Shown here: one piece after another, positions 10,112 to 17,813 of the stretch
Layout of the letters: every line of letters starts with the position of its first letter
How positions within the stretch are numbered: position 1 is the first letter of the stretch
Origin: a virus
Lineage: Duplodnaviria; Caudoviricetes
IMG/VR virus record: IMGVR_UViG_3300030376_002412
Location: 1-48,199 of that record
Length of the DNA: 48,199 nucleotides
Direction: 5' to 3' (one strand)
Program-made: the position numbers and the translations under genes
The notes under the pieces: model-generated
Database searches by the model: none
Seen by the model: only the letters and a program-made list of their open reading frames with translations
Told to the model about the DNA's origin: nothing

Positions 10112-10245
10112 TTTAACCTCCAAACTAAATATTTTATTATTTCCCAAGCTACAATCAACAAAATTATTCCTAAAAATAATTGTGAAGACTGTAAACACGC
10201 TGCATACATTATATCTGCATCAGCGTCATACCAATAATGCCTCAT
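10108..10245 (-). CDS. Small membrane protein (45 aa)
   Basis: AAGGAG RBS; MRHYWYDADADIMYAACLQSSQLFLGIILLIVAWEIIKYLVWRLK; ATGA overlap with the next gene; absent from the track. Confidence 0.65.
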   Translation of the reverse strand: MRHYWYDADADIMYAACLQSSQLFLGIILLIVAWEIIKYLVWRLK

Positions 10246-10259
10246 TTTTATTCTCCTTC

Positions 10260-10517
10260 TTATGCATTTTCGTCATTTTCCTTGATATTGAACTGCATTA
10301 TCCAACTATCAAGGTACTTTTTTTGATTTACTGGTACTCCAACGTAAACCCACCATGCTCTACCATACTTTTTAGCAAATTCTTCTGATTCTTGCATACC
10401 TTTTTCACTCCAAGGATCTACAAAAGTCATTGATTTCATTCTATCATGTATAGTTTCACGTGGTTTATTGTTTTCGTGCCATGCTTTTTCTCTACTATTC
10501 ATTAATCTCTCCAACAA
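10260..10517 (-). CDS. Hypothetical protein
   Basis: Fits the minus-strand operon packing. Confidence 0.6.
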   Translation of the reverse strand: MLERLMNSREKAWHENNKPRETIHDRMKSMTFVDPWSEKGMQESEEFAKKYGRAWWVYVGVPVNQKKYLDSWIMQFNIKENDENA

Positions 10518-10768
10518 TCATCACATAGTTTTTCACCTGTTTTATGTTGCGACCAGAACATTTGATCTACTTTATTCATATATTCCCAATAAAGTAAATC
10601 ATCTTCTAATTCCCAGACACCACATTCATCGCAAGATTTCCATACACCTAATTGATTATTTACATAATGCATATCTTTTACTAATCTTACAATGTTGGTA
10701 TTTTTAAATATGATGTTGTTTTTGTTTAAATGACCTTCATGTTTGATTGAAAATGCTTTATCTATCAT
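10502..10768 (-). CDS. Double-CxxC (zinc-ribbon-like) protein
   Basis: CDECG and CDDCW motifs; GGAGG RBS. Confidence 0.7.
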   Translation of the reverse strand: MIDKAFSIKHEGHLNKNNIIFKNTNIVRLVKDMHYVNNQLGVWKSCDECGVWELEDDLLYWEYMNKVDQMFWSQHKTGEKLCDDCWRD

Positions 10769-10892
10769 TTCTCAACCTCCTAATGCTGCTAATTCTGTTA
10801 TGATACATAAATTCAAAACCTAATTTTTCCAATTTATCTATTTGTTTTTGAATTTTCTCTTGTATTTCTAACGCTTTATCAGACGCATTCAT
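10758..10892 (-). CDS. Hypothetical protein (44 aa, MNASDKALEIQEK...)
   Basis: Manual translation fills the gap and overlaps both neighbours. Confidence 0.55.
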   Translation of the reverse strand: MNASDKALEIQEKIQKQIDKLEKLGFEFMYHNRISSIRRLRNDR

Positions 10893-11118
10893 TTAGATCA
10901 CCCCATTTTTCATATAGATCATCAAAGTTACTTAACATTTGTTTCCAAGTTTCTTTGTCTATTCCAGCTGATTGTCTTGCCATAGGACTCATCATATTGT
11001 ATTGTCCGTCTTGCCTTACTTCTAACAATGCTATCCATTCACTTTTATGGATTTTATTTATTGGATCAGTATCAGTTCCAGTTCCAACTATTACTTCATT
11101 ATTATCTACTGCTTTCAT
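10879..11118 (-). CDS. Hypothetical protein, DUF5049-like
   Basis: LLEVRQDGQYNMM motif; AGGAG RBS. Confidence 0.6.
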   Translation of the reverse strand: MKAVDNNEVIVGTGTDTDPINKIHKSEWIALLEVRQDGQYNMMSPMARQSAGIDKETWKQMLSNFDDLYEKWGDLNECV

Positions 11119-11145
11119 TGTTTTCTCCTAACTAATTAATATTAT

Positions 11146-11310
11146 TCAGAACTGAGGTAAGTCCGCTAGTTGTGTTAGTAGGATAACCATACTCACCTCT
11201 ATTCTGATTTAAGTCACTCAGAATATTCCATTGCTGGACCATCTGTAATGTGACTATTATTACTCATCTCTTGCAACCGTAATAAGGACATAAAGAAGAA
11301 AACCTTATAT
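11146..11310 (-). other. Structured intergenic region with three hairpins, ncRNA/processing-site candidate
   Basis: Stems at 11146-11207, 11212-11255 (TCCA-GCAA-TGGA core on the minus strand) and 11282-11308. Confidence 0.5.
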
Positions 11311-11331
11311 GGCACTAAAAGATTATTGTAA

Positions 11332-11664
11332 TTATTCACGTACTTTGCCAACTTTGTACATCCATGTTTGTGGTTTCATACATACTAACCAGTCTTTCAT
11401 AGATGGTATTTGGCCGCAATCTTCTTTGACGTGTTGTTCTGCAACGTAACGAACTGGTATTCTTTTACCATTTGATAATTCTAAATATTTACCAAATGTG
11501 TCAATACACCAACCGATACCTTCTGAATGATGTCGCATAGCTCGATGTGTAATGTTCGCAAAACCTCTTTTGCTATCATCAAACCAATGATGAATAGGAA
11601 GGTAATCATCAACATTACCTCCCCATTTTTTAACACTACTATTGCTATGCATCAAAGGATCCAT
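11332..11664 (-). CDS. His-rich protein, DUF6915-like
   Basis: PLMHSNSSVKKWGG..DYLPIHHWFDDSK...HRAMRHH...AEQHVKEDCG pattern. Confidence 0.7.
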   Translation of the reverse strand: MDPLMHSNSSVKKWGGNVDDYLPIHHWFDDSKRGFANITHRAMRHHSEGIGWCIDTFGKYLELSNGKRIPVRYVAEQHVKEDCGQIPSMKDWLVCMKPQTWMYKVGKVRE

Positions 11665-12680
11665 TAAGATACCTTTAATTCATGAATGAACGCTGCAATA
11701 TCGTAGATTTTATTCCTATCTTTCTTGATAGCAAAATCTAGCGTTTGTTCTTCATAAGTATTCATTTTCAAAGTATCTTCTATATACTTTTTCAACTTAT
11801 CTTTATGATCTGAACGAACTACATATTCATCATTGTATGTTTCCACTTCCATGATGTTACGATTTTGTTCTACGCTAACCTCTACATGAAATTCAGCTTC
11901 AGGTTCAGTCGAAGGTATTATTTTGTATTGCACAGTATTTTGACTACCTTCGTTAATTTCCCAACCGCCTTCTAATTGAGCATAACCATGATCTTCTATA
12001 GCTTCCCAAGCACTATATGGTACTTTAGGAAACTGTAGCTTGATACCATGATTTTCACTGCCACGTTCACTTGGAAAATATCTTTGAGTTACATGTTTAT
12101 TAGTAAATCTAAACAACTCAAGTTTACGATCTTCAGTATGAATTGAACTTACAATCCATTTCATATTATCAGAGTTTTGTTCAAGATTGTTAACTTCTTT
12201 CAATTGAGCAACACAAACATTGTAAAAGCCTTCATTTGTATCACCTTTAACTGACGGTGTAAACGCTTGTTCAAAGTTTGTTTTAGAACTCCAATTATCA
12301 CAACTAACATCCCAACTATATATTCCATCGTTGTTCCATTCTTCACGATAACATAATACTGCTGTTTCATAGTTTATTTCTATTTCACTATCATTTGTAT
12401 CGTAAAAACGTACCTCTTCAATACAACCACTATCGCAACTACCATCAATACTTAATTCGACTGTACGAATATCTGTATTATTGTAAATGCTTTCAAAGTG
12501 TTGTGTTAGTTCGATCATTTTAGTATTTCTACTTAGTTTGTCACCAAACTGAGAAATATCCCACCATGACATATTATCTATCTTTTTACCTTTTCCATTT
12601 TTACCAAAAGCACTACTGCTTGCTTTATTGGTATTAACTTTCAAGTTATTCAAAACAGTTATTTCTCCATATCTTGACAT
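11664..12680 (-). CDS. DUF6878-like protein with a long internal segment
   Basis: VELSIDGSCDSGCIE (aa ~74-88) and GWEINEGSQ (aa ~239-247); coupled to the DUF6915-like gene. Confidence 0.55.
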   Translation of the reverse strand: MSRYGEITVLNNLKVNTNKASSSAFGKNGKGKKIDNMSWWDISQFGDKLSRNTKMIELTQHFESIYNNTDIRTVELSIDGSCDSGCIEEVRFYDTNDSEIEINYETAVLCYREEWNNDGIYSWDVSCDNWSSKTNFEQAFTPSVKGDTNEGFYNVCVAQLKEVNNLEQNSDNMKWIVSSIHTEDRKLELFRFTNKHVTQRYFPSERGSENHGIKLQFPKVPYSAWEAIEDHGYAQLEGGWEINEGSQNTVQYKIIPSTEPEAEFHVEVSVEQNRNIMEVETYNDEYVVRSDHKDKLKKYIEDTLKMNTYEEQTLDFAIKKDRNKIYDIAAFIHELKVS

Positions 12681-12901
12681 TTTGATTCCTCCATGATTTT
12701 CTTGTCACCACGTTCTTGTGCATACGAACATTCCCATGCAACTGCAACGTAATATGTTATTATATTCCTGATTTCATACGGTTCTTTATTGCTACCCAAT
12801 AAGAACTCAACGAACTCATCCAGTTTTTGCATTTCCTGTTCACGTTCTTTGGCCTTAGCCTTGAAACGGTCATAATGCAAGTACGTTTGATCCTTAGCCA
12901 T
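12659..12901 (-). CDS. Hypothetical protein (80 aa)
   Basis: GGGAG RBS; overlaps the 3' part of the upstream ORF in another frame. Confidence 0.55.
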   Translation of the reverse strand: MAKDQTYLHYDRFKAKAKEREQEMQKLDEFVEFLLGSNKEPYEIRNIITYYVAVAWECSYAQERGDKKIMEESKCQDMEK

Positions 12902-13086
12902 TTCGACTCCCTTCTTTGTATTTCGATTATCTTTGCTGTTAAATACACAGCCATGTCTAATGCTTCTTCTAAAGCATCTTGCAAATGATCACGAGTGTCA
13001 TCAAATGGTACTTCTGCACCGTAATCTTTTGCACCTCGTTCAAGTCGTTTTTCAATCAACTTGACGATTTTTTCATTATTACTCAT
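12760..13086 (-). CDS. All-alpha NTP-pyrophosphatase (MazG-like) fold protein, putative
   Basis: RLERGAKDYG...LQDALEEALDMAVYL; GGAGG RBS. Confidence 0.55.
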   Translation of the reverse strand: MSNNEKIVKLIEKRLERGAKDYGAEVPFDDTRDHLQDALEEALDMAVYLTAKIIEIQRRESKWLRIKRTCIMTVSRLRPKNVNRKCKNWMSSLSSYWVAIKNRMKSGI

Positions 13087-13113
13087 AGTTTTTCCTCCAA
13101 CTATTTGTTTAAG

Positions 13114-13150
13114 TGATAAGCGTGACTATAATTTCAAGCCACGCCTATCA
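13114..13150 (-). other. 14-bp RNA hairpin upstream of an RBS
   Basis: Minus strand TGATAGGCGTGGCT-9nt-AGTCACGCTTATCA, fully paired with two G-U pairs; no U-tract. Confidence 0.65.
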
Positions 13151-13214
13151 GATGCATAATTATCTCATTGTTTCCTCCTATATTATTCTTATTTCATTAA
13201 GAATAGAGGTACAA

Positions 13215-13475
13215 TTATCTATGCATCTCGTCTTCATAGAAGGAAGGTTCCACGAATTCTTGTTTATCGCTACTGCCAATAATGTTGCCAATATCGTCAA
13301 TTGTGTCTACCTTCCATTTTCCATGTTGATGTGCTTGTTTTGTAAAGTGCGCTTTTAAGTGACTGATTTCTCTTTTAGAGTCATCACAACAAGGTTCAAA
13401 GATATTTAACTCTCTTGTTGTTACGTCACTATTTGCAACTGGTACTCTACAATGTTGACATATCATTTTTAACAT
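13215..13475 (-). CDS. Hypothetical protein with CQHC/CC motifs
   Basis: Operon packing. Confidence 0.65.
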   Translation of the reverse strand: MLKMICQHCRVPVANSDVTTRELNIFEPCCDDSKREISHLKAHFTKQAHQHGKWKVDTIDDIGNIIGSSDKQEFVEPSFYEDEMHR

Positions 13476-13477
13476 AA

Positions 13478-13690
13478 CTATCCCTTCACGACATTATAAT
13501 ATATCGCCCACATATATTTTAACGTCATTCTACTTGTTACTGCTAACTTCGCTTCATCAAAAGCCTCGCTGGTATTCAAAGTGCTAAGATTTACCTTGTA
13601 TCTATCTTTGAACCATTTGCGAAACTTTTGTGAATGTGCTAACTTGGTAAAGTATAAATGTTCTTTTGGTGAATACAATTCACGCATCAA
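13478..13690 (-). CDS. Hypothetical protein
   Basis: GAGG RBS; coupled to the upstream gene. Confidence 0.65.
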   Translation of the reverse strand: MMRELYSPKEHLYFTKLAHSQKFRKWFKDRYKVNLSTLNTSEAFDEAKLAVTSRMTLKYMWAIYYNVVKG

Positions 13691-13878
13691 GATACCTCTA
13701 TCTTTACCTTTCTATTCTTAGCCTGGACATTGACTAAGGTTATTTGCATATCATAATACTCTGATATGTTTTCTGATATATGTCCTTCTTTGACATAATC
13801 ATCTACTGGTTTTAATTCTACATCATCATCTACTTTTGATTCTTCGATAATAATGTCGAATGCGGTGTCATTTGTCAT
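13687..13878 (-). CDS. Hypothetical acidic protein (63 aa)
   Basis: Operon packing. Confidence 0.6.
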   Translation of the reverse strand: MTNDTAFDIIIEESKVDDDVELKPVDDYVKEGHISENISEYYDMQITLVNVQAKNRKVKIEVS

Positions 13879-13957
13879 CGTCTTGCGCAGCTTTCATTTC
13901 ATTAAACCATACGCTTACGAAGACAATGATTGCACCAATAATTAACATCGTTTTCAT
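13868..13957 (-). CDS. Tiny membrane protein (29 aa, MKTMLIIGAIIVFVSVWFNE...)
   Basis: GGGAG RBS; single hydrophobic stretch; absent from the track. Confidence 0.55.
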   Translation of the reverse strand: MKTMLIIGAIIVFVSVWFNEMKAAQDDDK

Positions 13958-14129
13958 GTTAACGCTCCCTTCTTGTGTTAAAGTGTAGCCAACCATCGCA
14001 ACATTCATATGTGTATTGATATACTAACTGATATGAAGATATCGAGAGGTTGTTACGATGATTGGCATATTGTGATCTTAGTGAATAATGCATACACTTA
14101 CAAGTGCTTTTTTGTAAGGTATTATAGTA

Positions 14130-14173
14130 TAACGCTAACACGACACACGTATAGTGCATCAATGATAGCGTTA
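14130..14173 (-). other. Long interrupted RNA hairpin just after the first early gene
   Basis: TAACGCTA/TAGCGTTA outer stem with inner GATGCAC/GTGTGTC (G-U pairs on the minus strand). Confidence 0.55.
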
Positions 14174-14183
14174 GTTCAGACAA

Positions 14184-14546
14184 TTAGAGTTCATCTGGAT
14201 AGACGAATACTGCAACGGTCTTAGAGCCCTTGCGAGCACCTTTCGTCTGAACTAAGGGTTGCCACTCTGGTTCGAGAACATCCATATCACACAAGTTGGC
14301 GTACTCGGTGAATGTCGATAAGAACTCTATGTCCTTGAACGATTGCTCCTTGTCGATACTCATCACGAAGCGTAAGCCAACTGGTGGGTTCTTCGGGTCT
14401 GAATTAAAGGTGGCATCAAACGCGTCAAGGTTCTTCAAGAGTACACGGGTACCGCTTTGAGTTTTATCTTGCTTGCAATACGTGTATGCACCAACGATAG
14501 AACCTTTATGCTGTTTGAGTTTATTGATTAAAGTTACTTTGTTCAT
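14184..14546 (-). CDS. First gene of the early arm, hypothetical (120 aa), GC-rich relative to the genome
   Basis: AAGGAG RBS; 31/60 G+C in both 14221-14280 and 14341-14400. Confidence 0.8.
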   Translation of the reverse strand: MNKVTLINKLKQHKGSIVGAYTYCKQDKTQSGTRVLLKNLDAFDATFNSDPKNPPVGLRFVMSIDKEQSFKDIEFLSTFTEYANLCDMDVLEPEWQPLVQTKGARKGSKTVAVFVYPDEL

Positions 14547-14617
14547 AGTGAATTTCTCCTTCTACTGTGAATGTGATTAGATTACGAGACTGTGTTAAGC
14601 CTCCAAAAAGAGAGCAG

Positions 14618-14700
14618 CTACCGAAACGTTAATCGATTGGATTAATATCTCAGATTAAATTTCAACAAAACTATGAGATTAATTCAACGATTAACGGTAG
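14618..14700. repeat. Long imperfect inverted repeat at the divergence point
   Basis: Left arm CTACC(GAAAC)GTTAATCG(A)TTGGATTAAT(AT)CTCA at 14618-14652; right arm TGAGATTAATTCAACGATTAACGGTAG at 14674-14700. Confidence 0.7.
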
Positions 14701-14752
14701 GTAGGTGGTATATATACCTCGTACACGCAATCTAGAGCAATTTTTTAAAGTA

Positions 14753-14782
14753 TTGTAAGTAATTCATTTTTATTCATAAGTT
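14753..14782 (+). promoter_or_regulatory. Putative rightward (late-arm) promoter
   Basis: TTGTAA-N18-TAAGTT, same architecture as 17625-17654; ATG follows at 14788. Confidence 0.5.
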
Positions 14783-14787
14783 ATATA

Positions 14788-15006
14788 ATGAAACACTTAG
14801 ATAAGATACTACATTTTATAAAGGAAAATAAATTTTTGGAAAAATATAATAAACGTACAGGTAAATGGGAATCAGTAGAGATTGATCTAAGTGATCCTGA
14901 GATTTTAGAAACATTAGAGATAATGTCTAGCGAAATGGCAATAACGATAAAAAAAGAAAAAATGTCTATGGGTTTAGATAAAATCAAAGATGAAGAAAGC
15001 AATTGA
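14788..15006 (+). CDS. Hypothetical protein (72 aa), possibly leaderless
   Basis: First plus-strand ORF; no SD; ATG 5 nt after the putative -10. Confidence 0.65.
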   Translation: MKHLDKILHFIKENKFLEKYNKRTGKWESVEIDLSDPEILETLEIMSSEMAITIKKEKMSMGLDKIKDEESN

Positions 15007-15015
15007 TTGTAAGGT

Positions 15016-15089
15016 ATTAACGTTAATAGTAACGTTAAGAGATACATTAATTATTTAGATAATTAATTACGTTAAGGAGAAACGTTAAT
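15016..15089. repeat. Cluster of ACGTTAA repeats and palindromes
   Basis: ACGTTAA at 15020, 15032, 15069 and 15082; palindrome ATTAACGTTAAT at 15016-27; inverted repeat ATTAATTAT/ATAATTAAT at 15046-67. Confidence 0.7.
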
Positions 15090-15309
15090 GGCAATAAAGA
15101 AAAAAAGCAAACCTACGCTAAAAGAGATGATGGCTATTATGGGAAAGATGATGATTCATATAGAAACATTAAAAGCAGATATTACCAATAATGCTAGAGT
15201 CGTAGATGAATACATACAGTTCAATGAAGATAAGGATGATTTTGTTCAGTACTTAAAAGAAAAACTAGATATAGATGATAAAGATAAAAAAGAAACTGAA
15301 AAAAAATAG
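15088..15309 (+). CDS. Hypothetical protein (73 aa)
   Basis: AAGGAG RBS. Confidence 0.75.
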   Translation: MAIKKKSKPTLKEMMAIMGKMMIHIETLKADITNNARVVDEYIQFNEDKDDFVQYLKEKLDIDDKDKKETEKK

Positions 15310-16051
15310 TTTTAAACCTGTAGAGTATTCTGTATGGGAAGAAAAGGAAGCTACGGATCTTTCTTATAAACATTGGCAAAAATGCGAAGAAGGCGACCTA
15401 GGTATTAGTGATGACGGCTTTGTAAGTGAATGTTTATATAAAAAGAAGTATAAGAACGGAACAGAGATGACGTTTCCCTATGGTAGACAATGGTTGGGAC
15501 ATAATAGACGTTTAGAGTTTAAACCGCACTGGAGAACTAAGAACTTTAATACAGTGTCTACTAAACCTTATACGGAGATAGAAGCTAAAAGTAAACGTGC
15601 AGAACTAGCAGTGGATAGCTATTTGGCTTACAAAATGGCAGGAGAATCGCCAAACCTAGAAGTAATTGGTAAGTTGTATAGGCCTGACCAAGATAAACCC
15701 GAGATCGCTGCAAAAAGATTATTAAAGTCTAAAGAGGTAAAAAAGATGATTCAAAAGAAATTACAAGAAGTGTTAACTGAAAAAGAAATAGACGAAGGAT
15801 ATGTGTTAGATGTAATGAAAGATGCTATACTAGTAGCTAAGATGAAAGAAAATAGTGGCGATATGATTCGTGCTGCTAAAGAGTTATCAGTATTTTTAGA
15901 TATGGCACCACACAAACAACAAGTAACAGAATCGTTAGAGATGGATATAAGCCATCAAATTTCTAATCAGTTTGAAACACAGAAGAAGAAATTAAAAGCA
16001 ACACAAAAGAAAGAGCTTCCAAGTGGAGAAACGGATAGTACTGAAAGGTAA
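15275..16051 (+). CDS. terS: Terminase small subunit (putative, with N-terminal extension)
   Basis: AAKRLLKSKEVKKMIQ and DMIRAAKELS motifs; directly upstream of TerL. Confidence 0.65.
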   Translation: MIKIKKKLKKNSFKPVEYSVWEEKEATDLSYKHWQKCEEGDLGISDDGFVSECLYKKKYKNGTEMTFPYGRQWLGHNRRLEFKPHWRTKNFNTVSTKPYTEIEAKSKRAELAVDSYLAYKMAGESPNLEVIGKLYRPDQDKPEIAAKRLLKSKEVKKMIQKKLQEVLTEKEIDEGYVLDVMKDAILVAKMKENSGDMIRAAKELSVFLDMAPHKQQVTESLEMDISHQISNQFETQKKKLKATQKKELPSGETDSTER

Positions 16052-16128
16052 AGAAAAAAATTTGTTAGTATTTTTAGCTACGTTAATACAAGTAGCTGCA
16101 GATATGGACTTAGATGTAACTATTATAA

Positions 16129-17619
16129 TTGATGAATAAAGACGACTTACTATTAGAAATGCAACAGGATATGTTATTATTCGGCCGAATGGTTATGCCG
16201 AATATGTTTAGCAGTGAATCTCCTCCGTTTCATTACGATCTTACAGATCAATTACTAGACACAGAATCTAAACAGATAAATATTATAGCACCACGTGGAC
16301 ACGCTAAGAGTTCAGTGGCTGCTGGTATTTTTCCTTTGTTTCATTTGATGTTTACAGAAGGCGTAAAAGTAATTGTACTTGTGTCTAGAACTCAATCACA
16401 CGCTACCAAGTTATTAGGAACCATAAAAGATGTGCTTGACTATTCTCAAGAATTTCGATACTTCTTTGGGTATTGGGGAATGCAGTCTGCTAAGAAGTGG
16501 ACTAATACAGAAGTAGAGTTAAAAGATGGTAGTTTGATTATTTGTAAAGGTACAGGGCAACAGATACGTGGTATTAAGCATGGTAATCAACGACCAACAT
16601 TATTAATATTAGATGATCCAGAAGATGAAAATAATACTAAAACCGCAGAAGCTATGGAATATAATTTACGTTGGCTTTTGCAATCTGGTGTTCCATCCCT
16701 TGACCCGTTATCTGGTAGAATATGTGTTATTGGTACTCCGCAGCATGAACGTTGTATGGTGGAAACCTTGAAAGAAATGAAAGGTTGGAACACATTAGAG
16801 TTTAGACCTGACTTAGAAAAAGGTGTAGCACTATGGGATGAAGTGTGGCCAATAGATAAATTAAAACAAAAAAAAGCAGAACTAGAAAGTATTAATAGAC
16901 TATCTGTATTTTATAGAGAATATCTATGTCAAATAGTTGGAGATGAAGATGCACTGTTTAGACAAGAGTATATTCAGAACTATGACGGCTATATCGAAAA
17001 GAATGAACAAGGATTGTCAACTCTCATCCTGACGAACCTAAATGGTGAGGAAGTAGAAGAGAGGCGACCTGTAAACATTTTTACAGGAGTCGATCCTGCA
17101 TCTAGTACAAGAAAAACAGCAGACTATTCTGTGATATTTAATATTGCAGTAGATGAAGAAGGCAATAGATTTTGTTTGCCCTATTATAGAAAAAGAGCAA
17201 CGCCTTTAGATTTAGCAGATGCTATTATAAATAATTTTAAAACATACAGAAGTACCAAGACAAGAATTGAGTCTGTTGGTTATCAGGAAATGCTAAGACA
17301 ATACATTAAAGAAAAAGCAGAAGAAATGGGTATGTTTATACCTGGTCTTGAAATAAAAGAAAATCCTAGAACAAGCAAGTCTTATAGATTGGAGAGTTTG
17401 CAACCTTTGTTTGCTAGTAATAAAGTATACATACAACCTACTATGCAAAACTTTATAGATGAGTTGTTATTGTATCCTAGAGGTAAACACGATGACTTGT
17501 TAGATGGATTTTTTTATGCTAATAAAAATTGCTATAAACCTTTACACGAATCAAGCTTTACAGCTAAAAAAGACAAGTTATTTGGGTTATTGACGAGAAA
17601 AAGCTGGAAAACTCTATAA
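16129..17619 (+). CDS. terL: Terminase large subunit
   Basis: Walker A APRGHAKS, Walker B LILDDPE, coupling motif IGTP, RNase H-like GVDPA and HDDLLD. Confidence 0.95.
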   Translation: MMNKDDLLLEMQQDMLLFGRMVMPNMFSSESPPFHYDLTDQLLDTESKQINIIAPRGHAKSSVAAGIFPLFHLMFTEGVKVIVLVSRTQSHATKLLGTIKDVLDYSQEFRYFFGYWGMQSAKKWTNTEVELKDGSLIICKGTGQQIRGIKHGNQRPTLLILDDPEDENNTKTAEAMEYNLRWLLQSGVPSLDPLSGRICVIGTPQHERCMVETLKEMKGWNTLEFRPDLEKGVALWDEVWPIDKLKQKKAELESINRLSVFYREYLCQIVGDEDALFRQEYIQNYDGYIEKNEQGLSTLILTNLNGEEVEERRPVNIFTGVDPASSTRKTADYSVIFNIAVDEEGNRFCLPYYRKRATPLDLADAIINNFKTYRSTKTRIESVGYQEMLRQYIKEKAEEMGMFIPGLEIKENPRTSKSYRLESLQPLFASNKVYIQPTMQNFIDELLLYPRGKHDDLLDGFFYANKNCYKPLHESSFTAKKDKLFGLLTRKSWKTL

Positions 17620-17624
17620 TGTTC

Positions 17625-17654
17625 TTGACTTTTATTGAAATATTCTTATAAGTT
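17625..17654 (+). promoter_or_regulatory. Putative promoter for the head module
   Basis: TTGACT-N18-TAAGTT in the gap after terL. Confidence 0.55.
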
Positions 17655-17666
17655 AATAAAGAGGTT

Positions 17667-17813
17667 ATGCGTATAGATATAAATAAATATCGATTTGATT
17701 TAGATCAATTCGATAAAATCTTACATAAAACAACAAAGATTCAAATACCAAAAGGGTACAAGGTTATAAATGCCAGAACAAATAAAGAAAAGAACAAAAG
17801 CGTCAAGAAGTAA
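17667..17813 (+). CDS. Small basic hypothetical protein (48 aa, MRIDINKYRFDL...)
   Basis: GAGG RBS; overlaps the portal start; absent from the track. Confidence 0.55.
   Translation: MRIDINKYRFDLDQFDKILHKTTKIQIPKGYKVINARTNKEKNKSVKK

Noticed and set aside
10197-10226. Intergenic hairpin ACGCTG/CAGCGT
   Set aside because: It lies inside the 45-aa membrane ORF 10108-10245 and may be chance.
13959-14183. 74-aa ORF
   Set aside because: TTG start without RBS, overlaps a hairpin, atypical composition; region left unresolved.
15016-15089. CRISPR mini-array
   Set aside because: Repeats are only 7-12 bp with irregular short spacing and no cas genes.
16023-16139. 38-aa GTG-start ORF between terS and terL
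   Set aside because: It fills the gap but has no clear RBS; not supported enough to list.
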